A stretch of 57,375 nucleotides of DNA, the filler included, from Sphacelaria rigidula (taxonomy: Eukaryota), in NCBI GenBank assembly GCA_964200075.2. It is 8 parts of 8 records of this genome, joined end to end, with 100 filler letters (N's around TTAATTAATTAA, not from the genome) between each part and the next. Parts side by side here need not be neighbours in the genome. Positions count along the whole stretch, not along the records: positions 7,186 to 14,270 come from CAXNAA020016568.1; positions 14,371 to 21,455 come from CAXNAA020016569.1; positions 21,556 to 28,639 come from CAXNAA020016570.1; 5 more parts are not named here. One strand, 5' to 3'. Below the pieces are notes generated by a model. It ran no database searches, was not told the origin of the DNA, and saw only the letters and a program-made list of their open reading frames with translations. The first letter of the stretch is position 1; every line of letters starts with the position of its first letter. Position numbers and translations under genes: made by a program. Below, piece by piece: positions 13,533-24,131 of the stretch.

Positions 13533-14371
13533 CTGTGCTCGATCGTTCACAACACACAAATCGGCACGGACACAAGGTAGGAGCACCGACCAACGGACAG
13601 GGGAACTTTCACACAAGTTTTACAGTTGTAAGGCCTCGATATTTCAAGCACTGTCTCTGAAACCAAATCAGAATCAACAGATCACACATCACACGAAAAC
13701 TTGAAATAAAGAACAAAAGAGGGGGGATGGGAAGAAAAAAAAGACGAGGATAAACGAAGGACACGTGTTGAAATGTGTCGTCCGATAAGACTATCCTCTA
13801 CAACTCCTTCGTGCTTACAATACAGAGCGGGTCGACAAGCGGCGGATGTTCGAGTTATCGTTGCTCCTGTACACCCGATGTCGTTCATCACACTCTCTCA
13901 TGAAACGCGTTTTCCTGGTGCTGCAATCATTCGTGCCGCGTATGATAATATGTGCAGAAGAATTAAACCGTCGAGACAGACTAGCAGCAAATCTTCGTGC
14001 GGGTATATTTACACACGCAAGGGATACATACATTAAAATACTGCGGATACCGTTCCGGGGGGTCTTCATACACTACCCATACAATACACCCACGCTCGGG
14101 TAGGGGCCAACTGATACCATTCATTAACGCCAATCTAGGCGTACGAACCGCAATGGGTTGACACTCTGACAGCTGCTGACAGCATAGTTACTATTTCTTG
14201 ATATTTTCTTTTTCCGATTTTTATCCATCGAGCCAGAAACGAAAGGATAGCCAGACAGTGGGAGGGGGGGNNNNNNNNNNNNNNNNNNNNNNNNNNNNNN
14301 NNNNNNNNNNNNNNTTAATTAATTAANNNNNNNNNNNNNNNNNNNNNNNNNNNNNNNNNNNNNNNNNNNNG

Positions 14372-14803
14372 GATACCGCACAACACCGCCCGCTGAATAA
14401 GAGATATCGGTCGATGCGCAAAGGAGCTGCCGCTCGAGAACTGGCACGTGAACACTCAGCGCGGTTTGTTGTGACAGGCTATAGCCTCCTCCCGCGTCCA
14501 CAATACATGCAGTCTTTCCACGGGAAACGATTGCCAAAAGGGGCGTATTTCTGGTATAAGGCTTTGGATTCACTGTGGTGGTTGGGAAAAATTCATCTGG
14601 TCGACCCTGCATCTGACCACTCCTACTTTATCCGTTTTCTTGATGACCCGAGCCCCCTTAAGATTCGCTTGGATGATGCGTACTACACCGAGGAGCCGAC
14701 CGCTCGGAGGGGATCCTGGTGCCTCCAACGACACGACCAAGGCGAACTCGAAACAGCCGTTCTACAGAACACGGACACCGCTTGGGATGCAGATGACTCA
14801 TGA
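14372..14803 (+). CDS. C-terminal end of a probable Ty3/Gypsy LTR-retrotransposon polyprotein, ending in a PWWP/Tudor-like domain
   Basis: Frame open from the contig edge to TGA 14803: DTAQHRPLNKRYRSMRKGAAARELARE..LPKGAYFWYKALDSLWWLGKI..YFIRFLDDPSPLKIRL..GSWCLQRH. This resembles, from memory, the post-integrase tail of brown-algal Gypsy elements. It is followed by a repeat-rich 3' region and an LTR-like segment. RT and integrase core are not in this contig. Confidence 0.65.
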   Translation, partial: DTAQHRPLNKRYRSMRKGAAARELAREHSARFVVTGYSLLPRPQYMQSFHGKRLPKGAYFWYKALDSLWWLGKIHLVDPASDHSYFIRFLDDPSPLKIRLDDAYYTEEPTARRGSWCLQRHDQGELETAVLQNTDTAWDADDS

Positions 14804-15185
14804 TGCCGCATCCGAGTCTGCTTCCCCATTCACCTTGCGTGGTGTACCGCGTTCGAGTCGCTTGTCTCGCATTGTAGAGTCGTTGGACAACCATGTGTTC
14901 CCCCCCTTTCCCCCACTTCATTTTTTTTTCGTACTGATTAGCCCTGCACTTGTAGCGGTTGATGTATGCCGGTGTGTCGTGTTTGGTATTTGGTCTTTCG
15001 TTTTTGTATTCTCTATTCTTTGCTTTCGTGTTGCGTCTTGTTTTTTTTTTGTTGCTTTGGACCCTGTGTTTTTTTTTTTACTTCGATTGTTTTTTGCTTT
15101 TGTTCTTGTCTTTGTTCTATATATTTTGTTTTGTCTTCTTTTCTTTTCGCCTCGCCCTTTGTGTTCGATCTTTCGTGTCCAATGG

Positions 15186-15276
15186 GTATTTTCTTGGGTA
15201 TTTCTGGGTACTTTCTTGGGTATTTCTGGGTACTTTCTTGGGTATTTCTGGGTACTTTTCTTCGGTATTTCTGGGT
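15186..15276 (+). repeat. 22-bp tandem repeat (TTTCTTGGGTATTTCTGGGTAC) about 4 copies
   Basis: Directly visible tandem copies downstream of the pol stop codon. Confidence 0.9.
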
Positions 15277-15504
15277 TCTTCGGGCGAAGTACAAGTGACG
15301 ACCGTTCCATTCCTGACCCTGAGTCTGGAACCTTGAACCTCCGTCCTCCACGCCGTACATTCACAACCATTCCGTCCACCGGAACAGTTGCCACGAGTTG
15401 ATTCCCTCTTCAATTGTTTTTCGTTGTATACCCATGTTGTATTGCTTTGTTATTACATGGTCTCTATCGTTGATTTGTTTTGTTTCGAAGGACAAGTTTC
15501 CAGA

Positions 15505-16130
15505 ACGAGCGCTAGCCATACCTGACGCGCACGTCTGGAGTATTTGCGCTTTTGTTCCGTCGCTCACGCGATACCGCCTCCCTCTTCGGGACCGGTCATG
15601 ACGTGTCCTTTTCTTCTTTGTGTGTTACATGCTGTCGGTATTTTTCTTCATTTTTTTCTGCCTTTTCGGTTGAGAGTTAGGAGCGAGCGCTGCATATGCC
15701 TGACCTCTCCGTCTGGAATATTTGCGCTTTTGTTCAGCCGCTCTACACGCGAGTGCCACCTCCCTTTTGGGGACCGGTCATGGCGTGTCATTTTTCTTTG
15801 TGTGATATATATGTTATCAGTATTTTTCTTGATTTTTCTGCCTTTCGGTTGAGAGTTTTGGGAGCGCGAGCTGCATATACCTGACCTCCCCGTCTAGAAT
15901 AACTGCGTTCTTGCCCACCCGCTCCGTACACGCATACCGCTTCCCATGAAGGATCGGTATTGACGTGTCCCTTTTTTGTGTGCGTACCACGTTGATTTTA
16001 TATTTTACATGGGTTGCCTGAAATGTTTCAACTTTCTTGGCTGAAACTTTTTGACCCTGCTTGCTTCATACACACGAGAACCGCTTCCGTTTACAAGGAC
16101 GGTCGCCACGTGTTGTTTTCCTGCCTTGTG
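15505..16130 (+). repeat. about 180-bp degenerate tandem repeat, about 3.5 copies, in the retroelement 3' region
   Basis: GAGCG..ATACCTGAC..CGTCTGGA.TATTTGCGCTTTTGTT..GGGACCGGTCATG.CGTGTC..CTGCCTTT(T)CGGTTGAGAGTT recurs at about 15507, 15681 and 15861, with a decayed partial fourth copy. Confidence 0.85.
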
Positions 16131-16288
16131 TTGCGGATTTTCGTTTTTGCTGTTGCTCAGCGTACCCCTGATATATTATTTTGATTTTGGTTTTTGCGTC
16201 CATGTCGGGAATTTCGCCACGAGTGTCCCAATGTTTCTGACCCTCGAGTCCAAAACACTTGGCCTATTTTTTTGCGAGTCCTGCCGCA

Positions 16289-18314
16289 TGTGACCGACCT
16301 CGTTTATAAAAGGGTCACGGGTAATGCGACGCGATGATTTATATTTTGGTGATTGATGAGTTACAACGAGGCCACCACTGGCCGCGTCGTACAAATTGGT
16401 GTTGAAGAATTGTTATTGAAGTCGCAGTAAGATGGGTTGCGAACGTCTCCTCATACAGGACTCACGTATCATGATGAGGTAGGTCGCTCTTTCGGAACTG
16501 TCCGTTCCGCCATGTCGATATTCGACCGTTGGTACAGCCTTCAGGCTCAGAGTCCGCCACTCGCTATTTTTTCTGTCACTTTTACCAGTTTTGCGTACAA
16601 TTACCCGCCCCTGAAATTGGTCGGTGGTGTTTTGTTTTTTTATCAGGGATTATTGGACGAAGTAACGTGACGGTACGACCGGCTGTGGGTTTTACTCCAG
16701 TTTGTGTTCGGGCCAGTCTCGTTTTAGTCCGAACGGGCAGATACTGAGGAGTGGGCTGCGTTGGTCCTCTCGTTCCTGTGTATTTGTCGTGGTTCAGAAA
16801 TGTGTTGGGTGATCCGCCTCGGTACTACGCGGTAGGCCCGAAGGTTGTGTATTGCCCACCACGTTTCTTTTGACGTGTACGGACACCTGACCTCGCAAAC
16901 CGGTCAGTTGTTCTCGTATCGTCGTGTGAGAAAAAAAAAAATGCTGTACGACTGGATCATCAACCAGACGTCCCCAGCAAGTCGTCTCACAAACAGGTAC
17001 CGACAATTATCTCACGTCAAACGAGTTGATTGTCCGTATCATTCTAATGTTTTTTTTTTTTCAACTTATGGTTTTCACGGAAAACTACCATTTCCGCGAT
17101 GAACTCGGCTGTACGTTGTTTGCTCTTACTGATTGACTGGGACGAGTGATTAGCATGGACTTGGTTATTGTATTGTGGCTTTAACCCATCTCAAGAACAG
17201 GTAAGTGACATTGTACTTGCGTGTTTCCGCACTCTCCTTACCGACGTGGCCCCCTGTGGGCAACAGCGGAGACGCCGGTAAACACGTTTCCTTAGCCACC
17301 GAGCGACAACCCTCCGTGCTGTACACATTATCGGTTGCGGGTGTTGGTTGCGGTGTTGGGCGATTACCTGAGGGAGATCGGGCTGTCGACGAAGCACAAA
17401 TTGACAACACGTTCGGTACTGTACTTATCCTATCTGAACCGTCCACGCCGAGCCCTGAGCCCATAATGAGTATTGATCGTCAGCACTTACGTGGAAGCTC
17501 GTTTTCGCGGAGTCCCCATCAGCCAGTGCGTGCGTGACCGCTTGCAGTTTAAGGTTCGGGTGCAACAGCGTGCGATCCTGTGTTATGAAGGAAAGTGTAT
17601 CACCTCCGTCACATATCGTGCGATGTGACCAGTAATTCGCGCTGTCGTTTCCGGCCTCGTGCTGATTGCTGATGCAGTCGCGGCAGACATGAAGGTATGG
17701 TCGTCGAGACGGTTCAGCGTGGCACCCCCCCATCGTGTCTGCACCCTCCCCACCTCCCGCGCAGGCGGACGAGGAGGTGGATATTCTCCCGTTCTACGAA
17801 CGTCCGAGGACTGAGGGTGGGCACCACATTAAGTTTGCCCTCTATCACTACCTTCTCAACGCTTCTCGGGGCAGAGAGTCGGAGGCAGAATAGCCGCGGA
17901 AGATCGATGGCAGGGTACGGGAGTACCGGAGTCAGATCGCGGAGAAGACACGGCCAGGAGGGAAAAATGACATTTTCAAATACCCACTAAGCTCCTCGCA
18001 AAGCTTGGCCGCACAGTTGACAGCGGTCGCACAGGCGAGTGGTGAGCCCGGTCGTGTGTCTTTGACCCAAACCGAAGTTCCACGTGAGGTCGTTGTTCGA
18101 ACATTGCAGCCGTGTCCGTCTGTATGACCGGCCGTGCGCGCGGCAGTGCGTGTTGGGAATAAAGGCTGGCAAGTTATGATCCGGTACGGCTGTCTGAGTG
18201 CAGTGCCTACCACACACACACCGTTATGTTAGGGACATTTGGACACATTAGCCCCGTCTCTCAGATGGCAGTTCGCATGTGGATTTGAGGGACGCTTCGG
18301 TAGGGGTGGACACA
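16289..18314 (+). mobile_element. putative long terminal repeat (about 2 kb)
   Basis: Begins TGTGACCGACC and ends GGGTGGACACA (TG...CA with a short imperfect inverted repeat). AATAAA lies at about 18158. It sits downstream of the pol end. No clear polypurine tract and no second LTR copy are visible, so the boundaries are tentative. Confidence 0.45.
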
Positions 18315-18547
18315 TATGTTCTGAGGCTAGAACTGTTAGGAGCCCTTGATGTCATCCGAAACACGACTTATGAAAATATGTGAGAGTACGCCAGGATTAC
18401 TACTCCCGTATGCCGGGGATATCCCGCGTGAATATGCAAACGGGAACGCCCTGAACTACATTCTTGTGCATCTAGAATCGTTTGGAGCCCCTGAACCAAA
18501 CAAAACAGCGCGCAATAAGTGCACCCCTACCGTAGCATTGCTCATAT

Positions 18548-21271
18548 TTGTTTTTCTACAACCAACGCCACCATTCACGGCATGATTTAAAAGAGCGTGA
18601 CGCATGCTCGCACACTTACTCCCCGGAACGCACCAAATGTAGACTCGACTGTGCCCAGGATCGAGTGCCGTTCGCCATGTTGGGATTGACGATGAAGAGG
18701 TCAGTAGCACGCACCGTCTTCACTCGAGCCACCTCTCGACTGGGCGAACAGTACGTGAAAACGCAGGAGATCTACGACGCTCCGCCGCGGAACTGGTCAC
18801 AGGACTACAGCTACCGCAGCGGTTGGTTGTTCACACACCACGTAGACGGCATCCCCGTACAGGCAAGCGAGCCCTTTTCTACGCGGAGTTCGTGATGTAA
18901 TTAAAGCGATTGTGTAGCGGTGACGTATCGATCGAAAACCGACTGGATTGTACATCATAGCATCTCGTATCCACATGGGTGATGAGGTCGTAAAGCAATG
19001 GGGTTGGGCCGCACTTCTTCCTGCCGCCTGTCACAGGTCATCATGCCTGTCCCGCGAGCGGCCGGCCAGACGTGCGTTACGTCCATCACAATATGTGGCC
19101 ACGAGGTATCCACTTTCGCCGTATTCCAGTCGTGTCTCGGTGCCATTCGGGACGCAGAAGATTTGAATGAGGTGAGAGAATCGTGGAACCATTGAGTATT
19201 TACACTATCGAAACATGTGTCTTCCACATCTCGTGGAAGAAGCTGTGATAATATTGGCTGCATTATCTGGTGTTACAAATCTTCCTTCGTTTGCCACTTG
19301 TTTCAAATGTAGGTCCTCGCCACCATCAGTGCTGTCAGACCTTGCACTGGGATCGGAAAGTACGATCACGACGACAGTCAAGCTAGGGTGGGACACGGCC
19401 ACCTCGTGAGGAACGCGCTGCGAGAGGGGCCGCCCCCAGGCAGAGGGCCGGACGCCCCAGCGGGATTCCTGCGGGGATTTGCCGCTGGCGACGTGTCTGC
19501 CACCTTGGGCTTTGTAGCCAACGAGGGGAGATTTTGGTCCGGGGACTGCCTGCGGGTGTGTGATGGTCTCCGGCTGTCGACATCGGACCCACCTGGGAGC
19601 AGTCGGTGCTCGGGGCACTACAGAAGAACGTTTCTGCCCCGGTGTGTAAGGGGGGGCTCCACCGCATGGTAGTGGACCACCAGGAAGGACATGCTCAACA
19701 CCGTGCACAAGGTAAGAGGTCATATCCGACTACGGGGGTGCCTGGGGCACACTTAGGGGAGGTGCATACAACACGATACTCGCCTGCGAGCACGCATGTT
19801 TCCTGCGTGCACTATGGTATGTTTGGAGGTTTAGGAAGATGGGGTTTCGTTGCTGCATCCGTAACAACGCGCGTGACGTGTATGGCGAAGGGTTAAGCAC
19901 TCCCTCACACCCGCGTGCCATATCCCTCTGCTGCATCTTCGATGCCCTTGAATTCTCCCCCGGCAGAAGTTGAAGCTGGAGGCCTTGCACAACATTCATA
20001 ACCTCTGTAAGCGGTCTCTTCTCCGTCAGCGAGCGAAAGCAGTTAACTAGGAGGAAGCCGTGTCACTAGAAGGCGAGCGGGGGAAGCAGGTGCACGCAGT
20101 GTTAAGCAGTCGCGAAGGAGAGGAGATCTTCAGCAGACTGAAACCGGACAGCTTGGGTTATGCGGTCGTAGAGGTCATGGTGATGTCGGCGGTACTGGCG
20201 GTAGAACATGATGGTTGGGGTTGAAGGCAACAAACGAACCCGGTGGGTTGCGATGAACCATCCACGTCGCTGACGTCCCGGGGTTTGTCTTCCACGTAAT
20301 ATCCCGCACCTCACGACCGGCAAACGCCGGAAATGTGGGATATATTGTGCTTATCAATAGGTGCCAGCGGGTGAAGGAGTGCAACGTATCTTCGAAGGAT
20401 GTGTGTGGGCGCGGTCATGATAAATTTCCCGTGATCTTTCTTTGCGAATATATCCATGCTCCATACTGCAGCAGGCCTGTTCTTCGTTGTACGATTCATG
20501 ACTGCTATCACACCTGCCCTCCCCCAATGATCTTCTGACTACGACGTGCATGATCGTGAGTACACTCCTCGCCCCCCACCCTGGTCGCCGCACGTTGTTC
20601 AGGAAATGATGAAATGGAACAACTGCAAGGGCTCCGCCGTGGGGTGGCGTGTCAACCCCAAGGTCCTGCGGTGGGCGTGCTACATGCACAGTGTTTCGTG
20701 TACTAGGGGTTACACTATCCTCAGCGAAGTTCTCAAGCTTCGTTCCTTGGCCCATGTCCGCCGCCTGAAAGCAGCTGCTGCCCGCTTCGCTGCGGAGTAC
20801 AACACGAGAACATCAAGGTAATCAGTGTGGAGCGGCTGCTGAGATCGTTCGGCGATTGTAGTACACGTGCACCGAAGATATTTACCTCGTGCGTTGTCGC
20901 CTCATGTTGCTCCGTCCTGTACAGTCGGCGCCTTGTGATTCATCTGGTGCCAAGGTCGCGAATGTTCCATGTGGTGGGCGTAGGAGTGGGCGCTTTATTA
21001 ACGTTCGCCATTTCGTCCATCCTCTGGGTGGGTGCACGGAGTCATAGCTGCCGGTGACAACGCCACCGCGTTCGACTTGATCGGTATCCTGGCGTGGGAC
21101 CCCATGGACATGAATAGGAACGGTTTTATCCGCCTGCGCGGTAGTGGTGGCATATCCAGCTGCATAGATCCGCATACGTTCTACAACCCCGTGTGGCTAC
21201 TGGAGGGGAAATCGCCGGAGGCTGGCTTGGAGGAGACGGTGGAAACCGTGATAGCGAAGCAACATCTCGAG
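18548..21271 (+). pseudogene. intron-containing P-element/THAP9-like DNA transposase, pseudogenised, 3'-truncated by the contig end
   Basis: Exons about 18550-18862 (GC donor), 19037-19171, 19313-19711, 19967-20173, 20603-20817 and about 21032-21271. Motifs: DLNEVLATISAVRPCTGI; FWSGDC..RC; coiled coil then LKPDSLGYAVVE|EMMKWNN..GWRVNPKVLRWACYMHSVSCTRGYTILSEVLKLRSLAHVRRL; GILAWDPMDM (first catalytic D, cf. FDEM); IAKQHLE. In-frame TAG stops at 19670 and 20048 and a probable frameshift near 20790. Confidence 0.65.
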
Positions 21272-21555
21272 GTGAGGTGCACCGTGATGAGTGACTGGAG
21301 CTGCCGGTATGTCAACATGCCACATTAATCATTGTCGGTACCCACACACACACTTTCACCAATCCCGAGACGAGTAAGTACCCCCCCCCCTCCCCATGGT
21401 TAGACACCCATGAGGCAGTGTAAAATCGTGGCTGTCTCTGGAAGTGGCGATACCANNNNNNNNNNNNNNNNNNNNNNNNNNNNNNNNNNNNNNNNNNNNT
21501 TAATTAATTAANNNNNNNNNNNNNNNNNNNNNNNNNNNNNNNNNNNNNNNNNNNN

Positions 21556-21790
21556 GATAGAGAGGGGGCAAGGAGAGTCTCCCTCCTCGGAGTGAAAGTG
21601 ACGGGGATCGGACCCCCACGACTAACTTCTGTGACGGTTTAAGAGACAACCAACTAGACTACTGACGTAGTCAGTGCTGACTGGTCAGTAGTCTAGTTGG
21701 TTATGTCTCAAACCGTCACACAAATACATGGTCACACAGACTGCAAATATGCTCGTTGGACACAAGGGTCTGGGTTCAATCCCTACTTCA
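21556..21790. mobile_element. two head-to-head tRNA-like (Pol III box) SINE heads forming a hairpin at 21630-21720
   Basis: GTCAGTAGTCTAGTTGGTT..AAACCGTCACA is present on both strands. B-box-like GGGTCCGATCCC lies on - at about 21603-21614 and GGGTTCAATCCC on + at about 21772. Confidence 0.5.
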
Positions 21791-22729
21791 CACGCTGATT
21801 TTTTCTGTTCGTGGTGTCCAAGTAAAGGTTGTCGCTTCTCACTCGATGTACGAGGACGGCGCGTGGTGCGACTATGTAAGCTTGAGAGGGCATTCCTCTA
21901 AAGCTATCTACAATTCAGACTGTTTTCCTTCGATTATGTAATGTTGTTCTTTCTCTTAATATGTTCAACGCTACACCTTCTTGAGGTGTGCAATCGATTC
22001 ATTCTTACCGGATTGTGTCACCCTGTCCGGTCCACACCCTTCAACACATTTCCTCTAATGAAACACGCATCCCAACATTTATTTTCGAGGACACATTTCT
22101 ACACCCTCTTCCAACCAGGACACCGTTCATGATGACAAAACGGGAAGAGCAGAATACGACCGACCTGAAAACGGCAACACGGAGACTCTATTACAAAAAA
22201 AATGATGATGCATCCATCCCTATAACTGTCACTACCCGTATCCCGCCTCTTCCTTCCCAAACTCCCTACTACACGACAACACACGAGGGCTTGGCTGTTT
22301 ATAACGCGTCAGGCGTGACCCGCTAAAAAAGGCACCGCCGCCGGCCGAAGGCCGGCAAGGGACCTTGTAAATACACATGTATTTTGAAGTTTTCCCCACA
22401 AAATAAGGTGGCGTGATGAAAATCGACAGCCCTTTTGTTGTAGGGGCCAGGGACCGTCATTCTTCTTGAACGTTTTTGCGTCTAGGGTCGTTTTCACAGC
22501 CTTCTAATCGGCAATAAGATTATGTTAGTTTTTGTTTTGTTTCATTTATGACACTCTGAATCCCGCACTTTCTCGGGACGAGTCCGGAGCGAGTCCGGAC
22601 GCTCAAGGGATCAACCCATCATCTCTCCCCCGGCATATATATATACGCAGTAAAAGTGCGGCACTCAATTATTCAAATCAATCAATCCAATCAATCGATC
22701 GATCAATCATATCCCTGATACCTTTATTT

Positions 22730-22990
22730 CATTGGTTGTCGCACCTCATTCGATCCCCCAGAGATCCAGCCGTGATCACATGATGGGTAGACGCACCCGA
22801 GATTAAAAAAACAAAATCAGAACGGTACCACTCGCTTGGGGAAAACAAATGAAACAGGAAGATGGAGTAGGAAAACAGAGTAGACCGATAGAAAAGAAAA
22901 AAAAAGAGAAAAGAAAAAGAGGAAGGAACAAAACAAAACAAAACAAAACAAAATACGAACAAAGACAGGACACAAAAAAATAAATGATAC
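22730..22990 (-). mobile_element. probable non-LTR retroelement 3'-end fragment (second copy on + at about 55760-55985)
   Basis: A T-rich tract followed by GGGT(G/A)CGTCTA..ATCATGTGA.CACGGCTGGATC.CTGGGGG..GTGCGACA.CCAA is present in two different contigs. Confidence 0.55.
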
Positions 22991-23656
22991 TTTTTGAATC
23001 GCTAAATAGGATCAGCATTTCCCTGCCCGCGCCGCCTCTCGTCAAAGCACCTCTTCAGCTTTTTTTTCAGATTCTTTTCGAGACAAAAAAACACATCTGC
23101 TGGAATTCAGGCCCTCAACGTTCTGCTCCCAACCGGCTATAGCCATAGACGCCCAAGTCAGTGATGAACTACCACGTTGACCGCGTTATAGTGTCAAGGC
23201 TAAAAACATTGCAAGGGCGATCGGACAGGGTACACCCGATATTTTGGTATTTCGAAAAATGGAGATCCGACCCTTGCCCACAGCAGCTGCCAGCCCCGTG
23301 CTGTCGTTCCCCTCTCTAAAGCCCATACAGGTCATTGTGACTGGCTCATTAGGCAGGTGATGTTCGAATTTTCAAATACCACGATATGGGGTATACCCCC
23401 CCCCCCCCCGACATGCGCTTGAAATATTATTTTGCTGAAATCGAGGCGGAAAAATAGGCAGGCCGCTACCCGGCACCTCACATTTACACCTTCGGAGCCC
23501 TATCGTTCGTTTTTGACAAGTAAAAGTATCGAAATATCAAACGACGATTGGCTCCTGCATATACACGAATATGCCAGCTGCCCCCTCTCCCCCCTCCCCC
23601 CCCTCCGCTCTTTTCCGCAGAAGTAAAACGTTCATCCTGGGGCATAATTTACATAC

Positions 23657-24076
23657 CTGAGGTACCGTGGCCATGTCATCATCTTGCCTCAGCAGCACCT
23701 GTGACGTAGAAATGGCATTGGGAAAAAAACACATGGACATCCGAACGCCACAGCGCACAAGACACCGTGCACATGAAGTCACCGCCGAAGATATCCATCC
23801 CTAGTGAGTTTAGTGAGGCTTCACAACGAGGGGGGGGGGGAAGTAATTTCAGAACACTTCCCTTCCCCCTGCTCCTTCCATAGTTTTGTCTGTGCTCTCG
23901 GTTTGAAGCGCGATTTTGTCGAAGTCAAAATCGTGAAATGATATTATCGCCATTTTTTTATACAGTAGCTTCGTCGCAAGTAGATTGGCGACGATGGCAT
24001 CATGGGGTACCCTCATTACCGTACCATAGGCAACGATGTACAAGACCCTCGGAGGTAGTATCTAGCATTTTGGCAG

Positions 24077-24131
<55 letters not shown>

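Noticed and set aside
14640-15413. Hydrophobic, env-like or Lys-rich ORFs after the pol end
   Set aside because: Explained by T-rich low complexity and the 22-bp tandem array; no signal peptide or fusion-protein motifs seen.
19670-20050. In-frame TAG codons as stop-codon readthrough or an alternative genetic code
   Set aside because: They co-occur with a probable frameshift and a lost acceptor in a transposon relic, and host genes here have no internal TAG; decay is the simpler explanation.
21800-21880. Exon-like VRGVQVKVVASHSMYEDGAWCDY followed by GTAAGC, faintly like a transposase C-terminal motif
   Set aside because: Too short, with no supporting flanking exons.
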